This document shows, piece by piece, positions 1-11,349 of a stretch of DNA of 64,000 nt. A model generated the notes under the pieces. That model ran no database searches and had not been told where the DNA came from. It worked only from the letters and a program-made list of their open reading frames with translations. Origin of the DNA: Octopus sinensis (lineage: Eukaryota); the NCBI RefSeq assembly GCF_006345805.1, contig NW_021831985.1, positions 1 to 64,000 on the forward strand, in the 5' to 3' direction. Each line of letters starts with the position of its first letter. Positions within the stretch are counted from its first letter, which is position 1. The position numbers and the translations under genes were made by a program.

Positions 1-56
1 TATTCCAGCACCCTTTACCCGCCACCAAATGGCGAGAAGTAATCTTTTATCATTTA

Positions 57-453
57 CTAGCAGTATCGCCCGGCGCTGCTCGGGTTTGTAAGGGAAATAA
101 CTATATAAGCATTTTTAGAGAGTTATAACCAAAAGATAGCAAAAAAATGCATTAAAAATGGAAAAAAAATTATGGTAAATTTTGTTTTAAATCGTTGACT
201 CATCGTAGACATTTTTAGGGAGTTACTTCCCTTATATAATAGCGAAAAAATGCATTAACATGGAAAAAAAATTATGGCAATTTTTTTTTTAATCGTAGAC
301 TCATCGTAGACGCGCGCTAATACCCAGAAGGGCTCGATATGAATCACGACTATAAGATACCCGGTTTTGGTTAAACTGCACCGCAAAATGGGGAGTAGTT
401 AGGAATCTAAAATGTAGGAGACAGACACACACCTTCACTTTTATATATAAAGA
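57..453 (-). mobile_element. Non-autonomous Helitron
   Basis: On the minus strand it begins TC(TTTATATATAAAA) at 453 and ends CTAG at 60-57, inserted between A and T. Subterminal hairpin CCCG/CGGG at 69-84. Internal ~110 bp duplication at about 95-310. Confidence 0.75.
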
Positions 454-1229
454 TTTTTTGTCTTGTTTTAGTCATTGGACTGTGGCCATACTGGGAAAAC
501 CGCTTTGATAGGTCTCATCGGATAGATCCATCCCTATTTTTATTTTCTTGTATTTATCTATTTTTTTTCAGTTTGGTACTTACGTTACCGAAGATTTTTG
601 CCGAACCGCATGTATATGTATGTATGTATATGTATGTGTGTGTATATGAATTTGTGTATGCGTGTGTGCGTGGTTGTGTGGGGGGGTGGTGTGGGGTTTG
701 TGTAGGCGTATATGTGCGAACGTGTGTGCATGTGCGTGAGGTGTGCTTGTGTGTGTGTGGTGCTTATGTGCGTGTATGCGCGTATGTGCGTGTGTTTGTG
801 CCCATGTGTGTATAATTGTGTGCGTGTCTGTATGTGTATTGTGTGTGTGTGGGAGGTATATGTGCGTTCGTGCATATATACGTATGTGTATGTGCGTGCG
901 TGTATATAGAAATAAAAACAATAAATTATAAAAACAATGAAATATAAAAATTAAGGTTGAAAGGAGATAAGGAAGTTAATGCAATATAAATGGAGCAATT
1001 ACAAGCAAAAATGAGAAATGAAATAAGGATGCTTTGTTGCAGGAGGTGTAGGGGCAGTCGATAGGAGGAGGGGGGTTGGATTATATATAGGTATATATAT
1101 ATATATTATATAATATATATATATATATATATATGATAATATATATATATTATCGATATATATATATATATATACATAAATACATATATATGATAGATCG
1201 TAGCCACTACACACATTTTTTCTCTCCTT

Positions 1230-1403
1230 TTTTCTCTCCTTTTGGTTCTCCTTGTTTCTCTCCTTGTTTTTTCTGTGTCCCTTTCGTAGAAGAGCGTAGG
1301 CTCGAAACGGAAAAGACTTTTTCTATTCCTGAGCGTTATACTAATACATCTGTTTGCTTTGTACACCAATGTCTTCGTCTTTGTTCTTTTCGTAAACTCT
1401 CCC

Positions 1404-1449
<46 letters not shown>

Positions 1450-1590
1450 GGAAGCTTTATGAAATAAACAAAAGACCGAAGGCAGGTGGGAAAACAAAAC
1501 GAACAATTGTATTAGTATGGCGCTCAGGAAATTAAATAAAACAAGTCTTTAACGTTTCGAGCCTACGCTCTTCAACAGAAAAGATACACT
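1230..1590. mobile_element. Two related PLE-type terminal-repeat fragments in tail-to-tail orientation around a (TA)n tract
   Basis: GAAGAGCGTAGGCTCGAAACG...CCTGAGCG..ATACTAATAC occurs on + at about 1288-1352 and on - at about 1508-1575. The same element recurs at 7935-8010 (+) and 10500-10620 (-). PLE assignment is inferred from the hammerhead-like fold and TA targeting. Confidence 0.6.
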
Positions 1591-1656
1591 ATATATATAT
1601 ATATATCTATATATATAATATATATATTATTATATATATATATATATTATATATAG

Positions 1657-2331
1657 TAGTGAATTGAAGAAATGGAGTTGAACGAAGATTGAACAGAAAT
1701 CGTTTTATTGCATTCTACACGTGTTTCGAAAGGCACAATTTACCAAATTCCGATTTAATAAGGAGGACCCATTGTGTCTTTCTCTTCAGGAAGAAATAGG
1801 AAATCCGTTGGAAAAAACAAAACCAGAACAGAGGCGGAGCAAAACAAATCGAACGAGGCTCCTAAGAGCCATGGCCAAACTGTTTATCAATGATGTGAAA
1901 ACGGGTGTGGGTGCGTTTTAGTTGAAGATTTTAAAGGGTCAGGCAGCGGTCATTGGGGTTGAGAGCACGGGTGCTTAGATGTTCTTTGTGACCGAGACTA
2001 AAGTTGACTATTTAAAAGAATATTAGGTGTATTATATGGGGCGGGACAAAATCTACTTAGAAACATGTGTGTGTGTACTGTTCTATATATGCGCGGCCGC
2101 AAGTTGGTAAGAAGCGCTACACTCTGGTCGCTGCTGAGAAATCCGTCAGGGGGTAGAAAATATTTTATGTGCTCGTATGTGTGTTTGATCACGCGCCGTC
2201 AGTTGGTAAACAGCCCTACACAATGGTCACTGCTGTAAAATCAGTCGGGTGGCAGAAAAATAATTTTTTTTTTTTTTTTTTAAAACGATTTCTGTTCAGT
2301 CTTCGTTCAACTCCATTTCTTCAATTCACTA
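1657..2331 (-). mobile_element. Penelope-like element fragment with an inverted partial terminal repeat
   Basis: 51-bp inverted repeat at 1657-1707 and 2281-2331 (one mismatch), enclosing a hammerhead at 1705-1797; abuts (TA)n on the left. Confidence 0.65.
1705..1797 (-). ncRNA. Type I hammerhead ribozyme
   Basis: Minus strand: CUGAAGA (1789-1783); helix II GAAAGACACAAU/AUUGUGCCUUUC; GAAA; helix III ACACGUGU (palindrome); GUA cleavage triplet ending at 1716; short helix I UUC/GAA. Confidence 0.75.
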
Positions 2332-2493
2332 ATAATATTAAAATTCAATTATCCGCACCAACGCACGGTTGCAACACCATAGGGTTGTACCTCCAACCGT
2401 GCTGTCTTCTTTTGTATGCTGTGATTTTGCTACCAAGGTATCGGTTAAACTTTTGTTAATCTGCAACAAGATATTCTCTTTCTATTTCACAAA

Positions 2494-2525
<32 letters not shown>

Positions 2526-2934
2526 AGTGTGTGTGTGTGTGGGGTGTGTGTGTGAAAATAAATATAATATTGCGTTTCTAGCAGTCCGTCACACCGAGAG
2601 AGATATCAACACGTGATGCCTTCTTCGCCGGAATTGCGAGTATTTTATTGTCTATAAATACTAAGGCAAAGAAATCAATGATTTTCGAAAACTGTCGAAA
2701 TAATAAGAATTCAATATTTCCGAGAAATGAACAATTTTACTAAAATAGCGATATATTTATTCTAACAACGTGTGTGTGTGTGTGTGTGTGTGTGCATGTA
2801 TGTATGTTTATATATATATATCGCACGCACACACACACACACACACACATACACACACATACAAATACACGCACACACTCACACACACACACTCATATAT
2901 ATATATATATATATATTTATATATGTGTGTGTTT

Positions 2935-3132
2935 GAAGGCAGCGAGCTGCCAGACACGTTAGCGCGCCGGGCGAAATGCTTAGCGGTATTTCGTCTGTCG
3001 TTACGTTCTGAGTTCAAATTCCGCCGAGGTCGACTTTGCCTTTCATCCTTTCGGGGTCGATGTAATCGACTTAATCCCTTTGTCCTTGTTTGTCCCCTCT
3101 ATGTTTAGCCCCTTGTGGGCAATAAAGAAATA
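2935..3132 (+). mobile_element. tRNA-derived SINE family A (head GGCGGCGAGCTGGCAG; central GACTTTGCCTTTCATCCTTTCGGGGTCGAT)
   Basis: A-box-like head, B box GAGTTCAAATTCC and tail AAAGAAATA. Other long-tail copies: 8846-9330 (+), 13002-13234 (+), 22405-22638 (-), 24777-25009 (-), 27085-27492 (-), 36615-36850 (+), 39625-39865 (-), 43370-43620 (-), 50488-50700 (-). The central domain resembles the Meta/MESC SINE domain as recalled; this needs confirmation. Confidence 0.9.
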
Positions 3133-3179
3133 TATATATATATATATATGTGTGTGTATATAAATTAGAGAAGAACCAC

Positions 3180-3485
3180 CTTTTATCAATTCAACAATGA
3201 GCAAAGGACAGCAATCAATGCACACTAGCTAACTGCCCCATCCGGGACACAGATTTATGCCAATGGGTAAATGTTGTGTATGGAATACAATGTAAAAATG
3301 CAGCAAGTTCTATGTGGGTAGCACAACAAGATCATTATACATTCTCATCAAAGGACACCTGAACATGAGAGCCTCCTCCTTCAGAAAACATCTAGACAGA
3401 TGTCGGAACAATGATAAAAGCATAACAGTCACAATTGAAGCCAATGACAGGAAATTGGGTAATGTAAGAATTAAGGCACTCTGTG

Positions 3486-3490
<5 letters not shown>
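3180..3490 (+). mobile_element. Degenerate Penelope-like GIY-YIG endonuclease fragment
   Basis: Translates as LCQWVNVVYGIQCK-(frameshift)-CSKFYVGSTTRSLYILIKGHL, i.e. the VVY.I.C..C...YVG.T.R.L......H pattern. Flanked by (TA)n on both sides. Confidence 0.75.
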
Positions 3491-3519
<29 letters not shown>

Positions 3520-3629
3520 TATATATATATATATATAATAAGATATACATATATATATATATATCATATATATATAATATATATATATATATATGAAAGA
3601 ATGGAGTCGAACGAAGATTTTAACAAAAT

Positions 3630-3726
3630 TCCTTTACTCTCAACACATGTTTCGAAGACTGCATACTCTTAACTCCGAAGGAATAAAGGGTGCATTATGC
3701 CGTCTTCTCATCAGGAAAGACAAGGA
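3630..3726 (-). ncRNA. Type I hammerhead ribozyme
   Basis: Minus strand: CUGAUGA (3714-3708); helix II GAAGAC/GUCUUC extended by GCAUA/UAUGC; GAAA; helix III ACAUGUGU; GUU triplet ending at 3642; helix I CUUUC/GAGAG plus UCCUU/AAGGA. The downstream flank is homologous to that of the 1705-1797 ribozyme. Confidence 0.8.
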
Positions 3727-4093
3727 ACCTCTATCAGCCTCAAGACGAGCAAAAACTTTTTTATGACTGCCTACATGGTGTTCACAGTGATAATGAGCGT
3801 TTTTTTTAAATCCGTTATAAGCAATGACATCAAAATTGGTTGGAAGGAGGAAGTTCTGAAAATAAGAAGGGGACAGTATGCATGCTGTATGTATGGGGAT
3901 GCGTGGGTGTTTGCTCTTGTTAGTAAGTTTGATTGTTTATGTGTGTGTATGAGTGTGTGTATATAACTGCATTTGTGTCTATGTGTGTGTGTGTGTGTAA
4001 TTGTGTGTGTGTGGGGACAATTGTCAAATATATTTAGTAGTAAGGTGACAAATTTGTGTCTGTGTGTTTGATTGAGCGTATGATAGAGAGAGA

Positions 4094-4141
<48 letters not shown>

Positions 4142-4261
4142 TAGAGAGGAAGAGATAAACATACGCTAGTGATATTTAGTATTATTGTTTCATGTAGCAG
4201 AATAGACATAAAAGAGACGTGAATCTAGTATTAAAACCAGAGAGGTTATCTATGTTATTTA

Positions 4262-4687
4262 TCATTCATATGAGTGGAAAGTGTGTTTTTGCCAATGCTT
4301 GCACTTATAAGATTTTTCTATTAATGTGTTAACCAAGGGGAACTTGGCGAAAAGGATATAGAAGAGTTCGGAATTACAAATGCCACAATATTTCCTGCCC
4401 TTATCAAAAGGAAAGGATCCAGACAATATGGACCAATCCAGCTTGAAAGTTATATTGTTGTCCTTAAGACGCCAAGCTAATTTACTTAGTCCTGTACTTT
4501 GTTGTTTTCTCTTATCTCGGAAAGTTGAATAATGATTGGAAATTCTCCGGGACAATCGGGAAGTTGTTGCACCAATATAGAAGAAGACATCGGTACCGGA
4601 AGAAATTTTACACTGGTAAATGGAAATTTTAATTTTGGAATTACTGGATAAGAACTTTAATCTGTTAGGGTTTTCATCCGCGATCAA
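4262..4687 (-). mobile_element. Penelope-like element C-terminal GIY-YIG endonuclease ORF (141 codons open)
   Basis: Motifs IYQC...YIGAT..RLSRRISNH...F...STGLSKLAWRLK...W.I...YCGICNSE...VN...E...CKH match PLE endonucleases. An Asn-rich linker continues upstream to about 4900 after a frameshift. No RT domain is present. Confidence 0.85.
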
Positions 4688-6119
4688 GACGAAGTTTTTA
4701 TTGTTTAGTATTAACCACTACACTATTTCTATTATTGTTATTATTATTAATTGTATTATAACCGGCAATATCCCTGGCAATAGAAATATTGTTGTTGATA
4801 CCATCAACACTACCATTGTTATTAACCCGACTAGTGCTATTATCACGATAAAAATTTACGATAAAAATTTACAATTACATTTTGATTAAAATACCAGCGA
4901 ATTTAGAGCAAGACCTCTCACTATAGTTCACCTGCATTTAGAGTCTCCAACTTCCACTCACTCCCACTCCGTTTGCCGTTTTAGCTTTCCTCTACCAGTG
5001 TGAGCGGAGTGTGAAACATTGTCCTTTACTTCATGTAATATATATAAACATATAAACATATACAATGGCGTGTGCATTTATGAATATTTTTGCTTATGTA
5101 TATTTTAAATGCTTATATTCACAAAGAATTATTGCATGATTATAAGAGCTGGTAATGTTAAAGTCTCCTCTCAATATACAAGTTGAGGAAATATAAACAC
5201 ATCTATATACAATTATATAATTAAAGTAATTTCCTGTTGGCATGCTTGTTCATAGAAGAAAAAAAAAGATCATGTCGTTTAGTTTCATTACACACGGAGA
5301 TATACACGAATGCGTGTGTGTATGCGTGTACGTGTGTGTGTGTGTGGTGTGTGTGTGTGTGTGTGTGTGTTCTGTGTCTATGTGTGTTCTGTATGTGCGT
5401 GTGCGTGTGAGGTTTGTTTATATGTATGGTTACATGTGTGATTGCATATGTATGTGTATTGTGTGTGTGCGTACCTGTCTTCCTATAATAATGATGATGA
5501 TGAAAATGATGATATGATGATGATGATGCTGATAATGATGATGACAATAAGAATAAAAAATATATATATACTCGTTTTTCTGATTTCTGTTTTCTTGTCT
5601 GTATTACCTAACCTGTGTGTGTGCGTATATGTATGTATGTGTGCGTATATGTATGTATGTGCGTATATGTATGTATGTGTGAGTATGAATGTATGTATAT
5701 ATGATTGTGTGTGCTTGTATCATATATATGTATATACATATCCATATCTATCATATATTGTATTATGTATGTATGAATGTATGTGTATATATGTGTGTGT
5801 GTGTGTACTTGTATCATATATATGTGTATACATATTCATATCATATATTGCATTATATAATGTGTGTGTATATGAATGTATGTATATATATATATGTGTG
5901 TGTGGTGTGTATGTGTGTGTGTGTGTGTTTGAGTGTACTTGGATCATGTATATGTATATACATATATATAATACAAGCATGTATGTATGTGTATACATGT
6001 TTGGGTGTGCTTGTATCATATATATGTATATACATACACATGATACGTAATATGTGTGTGTGTAATCGGAGTATACGCACACAATGTACGCATGGATGCA
6101 GTCTCACACACACACACAC

Positions 6120-6251
<132 letters not shown>

Positions 6252-6623
6252 CATACATACACACACATTACGTAAAATGGTGACTACCACAGGTGTACAG
6301 TTTGTTTTAGTTCTTTGAACAATTTTTTTTTCGTGCAGTAAAATCACAAAGCAGTCTACCTGTCTTTGTGCCAATCACTCAAAGTTAAAAGAATCCAAAA
6401 TCATGAAATCAGCAGGAGCTTGCTTGTGTATAGGCATGAGGTATTGTTTAGTAAACAATGGAGAATTTTCTTCTATTCGGTTTTGTTGGAGGATAGAAAA
6501 AAATTTTTTTTTTGTTTTGTTTTATCGTGTGTGAATGATCTTTTTTTTTATGTAATACATTTTTAATGCGGTGCAATGTGAGTTCGCTTTCTTGCGAGGA
6601 CGGGATTTGTTTTTTTTGTTTTT

Positions 6624-6689
<66 letters not shown>

Positions 6690-6715
6690 CTAACCTCGCT
6701 AAGATAAATATTTCA

Positions 6716-6788
6716 ATCACCTGAAGATTGACTGTAACCATAACTCGAATTATTACGAATTGGACAGCCATGAAACGATCGTAGTGTT
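6716..6788 (+). ncRNA. Type I hammerhead ribozyme in a PLE-type terminal repeat (about 6690-7010)
   Basis: CAC-CUGAAGA (6721-6727); imperfect helix II UGACUGU/ACAGCCA; GAAA (6772-6775); ACGAUCGU palindrome; GUA ending at 6783; then GUG. Embedded between (TA)n tracts. Confidence 0.7.
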
Positions 6789-7005
6789 TTACTCATTATC
6801 TTTTATTAAACTATTAATACTTTTGATATATATTTAAAATAATATAAATTAATTAATTTTATGTATGGCTTTAATTTTTCATTGTTTGATTTGCCTAATA
6901 GTGGTTTTATCTCTAATTTAATATAATATAATATTTTACTATAAAATTGGATTCAATCCTAAATCTGATTTTTCCCTGTAAGTTTGGATTTATTCCCTAA
7001 TATTT

Positions 7006-7070
<65 letters not shown>

Positions 7071-7944
7071 TATATATCATATATATATATATATATATAT
7101 ATATTTAATGTAGGATAAAATTTTTTCGAAAAAAAAAAATTTTGTCAGTGGCCAGCATATTAAAAAATACCTTTAAAGGTTAAATTTATAAACAACTTAT
7201 AAATAAGGGCAAACGAAAAAATTTCTAATGCCAAATATGCCGAAATTAGACACCCTGTCCATAACCATATAATTTTTCACAAAACGCACGCTACTCAAAA
7301 AAGGTCGACAGAAATCTCTAAAAACTTTCATTATTACCATATCGGACCGATTTCAAGGTTAGTTCGTAAGAACCCTCCTTTCGTCAGTGATAAATGTGGC
7401 AAAAGTAAATGTGGCTATGTGGTAAGATGTTTGCTTCCCAACCACGTGGTTTCGGGTTCTATTTTCTCCTGCGTAGCACCTTCAGCATGTGTCTTCTACT
7501 ATAGTCCCGGGTCGACCGAAGCCTTCTGACTGGATTGGTAAACGGAAACTGGAAGAAACCCATCATGCGTGTGTGTGTGTGTGTCTTTGTGTTTGTGTTT
7601 ATCCCACCACCACCGCTTGACAACCCGTGTTGGTATTTTTACGTCCCTGTAACTTAGCTGTTCGGTAAAAGGATTCGATCAAATAACTACTGGCCCTAAA
7701 AAAATAAGTGCTAGCATCAATTCATTCAACTAAAAACTCTTCAAAACGGTACCCCCACATGGCCGTAGTCTAATGACTGAAACAAATAAAAGATAAAAGG
7801 TATATTTTATATACAGAGTGAGAAGTCCTATCATTGTCGCCTCTACCCTATGCGCTTCTGGGGGTTTGATGTAACCCGGTGAGTTGATATCTTCTTGATC
7901 TTGCATAAGTTTCAATTGCATAATATCTGTACATTTTTGTGTCC

Positions 7945-7980
7945 CTTTCTGTAGAAGAGCGTAGGCTCGAAACGTAAAAG
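7945..7980 (+). ncRNA. Minimal hammerhead-like fold with non-canonical core CUGUAGAA
   Basis: CUUU / CUGUAGAA / GAGC-GUAG-GCUC / GAAA / CGU-A / AAAG. Topology is seen directly; activity is untested. Confidence 0.5.
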
Positions 7981-9326
7981 ACTTTTTCTATTCCTGAGCG
8001 TTATACTAATACGGATGAAGTACCGTAGTTTATTGAACAGAATATAGTAAATATTTCCTGCAGATCAACAGCGGTAAATAATGCGCCGGTCCCATCTTAC
8101 TGATAGGAGTTGAACTATGGGTCATTAAATGAAGAAATTAATTACTGTTCGGCGTGCTACCATCAGTGCCACTCTAATGGACTTGATAGAAATATCGCAA
8201 TAAATTGTACGAAGATAATCTCTCCTAATTTTGGCACATGACAATGAATTTTTGAAGGGTGGAATAAATCGGTTACCTCGACCCCCGTGGTCAACTGGTA
8301 CTTATTTCATCGACTCTCAAGGGATGAAAGGCAAAGCCGACATCACCGTAATTTTATACACTTACAGGATGGGCCAAAAGTCTGAATTGACTCTGAATAT
8401 GCTTTTCTAAGCAGGAGGAAAGAAACCGGAAAAGGGCATTTATCCATGCCTTGGGGGTAGCAGAGTAACCCGGGACTTTTGTGTGGGGTTTACTCCGGAT
8501 TACCCTAAGCGGATTATTGCCCCGCTATTGGGGATTCTAATAATTTATTTATTATTTATTTCTCTAATTTCTATTAAATAGCGTCTGTTATGCGGAGGTA
8601 CATGGCCTTGTGGTTAGAGCAGCGGACTCGCGGTCGAGGGATTGCGGATTCGAATCTCAAACCGGGCGATGTGTGTGTTTATGAGCGAAAACCTAAGTTC
8701 TACACGGATCCGGCAGAAGGTAATGGCGAACTTCTGCTGACTATTTTGCCATAACTTTCTCTCAATCTTTCCTCCTGCATCTTGCAGCTCACTTGCGACG
8801 GACCGGCGTCCCGTCCAGGTGGGGAAACTATACGCCAAGGAAACCGAGAAAATAAGTACCAGTTACACACTGGGGTCGGTGTAATCGACTTAATCCGTTT
8901 GTCTGTCCTTGTTTGTCCCCTCTGTGAGTAGCCCTTTGTGGACAGTAAAGAAATAGGTGTTTCGTCTGCCGGAAGGCGGCGAGCTGGCAGTATCGTTAGC
9001 ACGCCGTGCGAAATGCTTAGCGGTATTTCGTCTGCCGCTACGTTCTGAGTTCAAATTCCGCCGAGGTCGACTTTGCCTTTCATCCTTTCGGGATCGATTA
9101 AATAAGTACCAGTTGCGCACTGGGGTCGATATAATCCTTTGTCTGTCCTCTTTGTGTTTAGCCCCTTGTGGGTAGTAAAGAAATAGGTATTTCATCTGCC
9201 GCAACGTTCTGAGTGCAAATTCCGCCGAGGTCGACTTTGCCTTTCATCCTTTCGGGGTCGATAAATTAAGTGCCTGTTATGCACTGGGATCATACAATTT
9301 CAGGCCTTATGGCTGTAATAGAAAAG

Positions 9327-9391
<65 letters not shown>

Positions 9392-9485
9392 CATTATTAT
9401 TATTATTATTATTCAGTACAATATATTAAATGTTTTAATCTTGGTGCGTCAGTTTTGGCTCACCTTGTACGCTTTTTCATACATA

Positions 9486-10275
9486 CAAGGTAAATTGTTG
9501 CCGTTTTATAGTTTTAATTTCGCGCATTCTTATTGTCTGTTTTTGATTTTGTCGACTACACAGTTTAGTAGGGTCACTTGGGCACCGTCAGTGAGAAAAA
9601 CAGTGCCATAGAGCGATTCACTCTGCTAGAAATTTGGAAATGACATGCTGTACTGCTTGGCATTCGCGCCGGAAGAGGTAAAAATCAAACATCCAGTCAA
9701 CATCATGGTGTTTGGAGTGATCGCTAGTGACAGCGACATTATGCTTCCATTCGTCAACCCACGCGGCCTCACACTCAACACGGAGGCCTACATCAAATGC
9801 CTGGAGGAGGTAATGCTGCCCTAGATGAAGAAGATGGCTGCTGGAAGACCCTATGTCCGGCAACAGGACTCTACACCATGTCACACAAGCATGGCTCTCC
9901 AACAATTTTTGCGACCACATCACCCCTAACATCTGGCCACCTACCTCCCTAGATTGCAAACCCCTTGATTATGTGTGGGGCACAGTTGAATGTGAGAGAC
10001 CTACAAAACTTCTTGTAACACCAAAGGTGAAGTGAAGGCAAGGATTATGGCAGCATTCACCAACTTAAACAAGGAGACAATCCAGAAGTGTTGCAGGAGA
10101 ATCCGAAGTCGTCTGGAGGCGGTAGTTGAAGCCAATGGCGATTTTATTGAATAAATTTACTCACTAGTGTTTCAAGATATTTTTATGCAAATTTGGTAAA
10201 TATATGTGAAAAAGAGATGTCAGTGTTATTTTCATTTTTGCGTAATTTAGATGACAGTTTATTCACCGCACCCTG
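9486..10275 (+). mobile_element. Internally deleted Tc1/mariner-superfamily element, probably maT (DD37D) type
   Basis: Reads KIKHPVNIMVFGVI...RPYVRQQDSTPCHTS...WLSNNF...IWPPTSLDCKPLDY...RLEAVVEANGDFIE* with stops and frameshifts. Right end ...TTCACCGCACCCTG|TA at 10275; degenerate left end TA|CAAGG at 9486. The N-terminal ERFTL...LLGIRAG is fused directly to the catalytic region. Confidence 0.85.
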
Positions 10276-10581
10276 TATACATACATGCATGCATGCATGC
10301 ATGCATACATACATACATACTACATACATACATACATACATACATACATACATACATACATACATACATGCGTACATACATACATACATACATACATACA
10401 TACATACATGCGTACATGCGTACATACATACATAATACATACATACATACATACATACATACATACATACATACATACACACACACAAATTTGAGAATTT
10501 ACAAAAAAAAACAAAAGACGAAGACCTGGTGTGTAAACAACAAACAGATGTATTAGCATAACGCTCGGAAAGTGAGAAAGT

Positions 10582-10617
10582 CTTTTACGTTTCGAGCCTA
10601 CGCTCTTCGACAGAAAG
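10582..10617 (-). ncRNA. Minimal hammerhead-like fold with non-canonical core CUGUCGAA
   Basis: Same fold as 7945-7980, with position 7 = C; lies in a minus-strand PLE-type fragment at about 10500-11060. Confidence 0.5.
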
Positions 10618-11171
10618 GAACATAAAAATAAACACGGAGAGAAAATAGAAAAGGGTATAATTGCTAGCGATCTAATGAGAAACGACAACAGGAAAAAGCA
10701 GAAAGTACAAAATAGTTTAGAAAACCTCAAAAGGTTCGAACGTCGTAGTGTACTGGAGCTATTTTTCTCATTAAAGGAAGAGTCCAGTGTAATACATGGG
10801 TAGGAGAGGTGCAGCCAAAGTGTAGGAGCCTAGTTGTAGGAGAGTAAAAGAAAGACCAGGTAAAGAATCCAAGTAGAATAGTCCAAGAAAAGTTCGAAGT
10901 GGAGGTGAAGACCGGAAGGATGAATAGCATCTGTGTCTGAAGAATTAAGAGAAACGAAAGCACATCATACTGTGAATATTGGAGATCGGGTATAGGGACA
11001 TTTGAGAGCGGGAAAGAATGATATCTCAGCCGATACGATTGTCCACATAGTGACAAAACCGAATGACAGATAATAGAATATATAAATCGGTGTATGTGTG
11101 TGGGGAGGGGTTACATATAGGTATATTAACATATATAAGCTTCGGTGTGTTTTTTACTGTATATATACGTA

Positions 11172-11225
<54 letters not shown>

Positions 11226-11349
11226 ATATATATATAATATATATATAATATATATATAATATATATATATATATAAATATAGAAATTCGGGGTGAGTACT
11301 GATAATTATAAGCACCTGTGTATACCGTTTGGTGGTGTAGGTGGTGGAG

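Noticed and set aside
2550-2700. E-box CACGTG plus TATAAATA as a promoter
   Set aside because: Short motifs expected by chance in AT-rich DNA; no downstream exon identified.
4955-5035. CACTCCG/CGGAGTG stem followed by GAAACATTGTC, resembling the 3' half of a hammerhead
   Set aside because: No CUGANGA-like core upstream of the stem.
10935-10975. CTGAAGA...CGAAAGCACATC
   Set aside because: No helix II or helix III pairing; it lies on the antisense strand of the PLE fragment.
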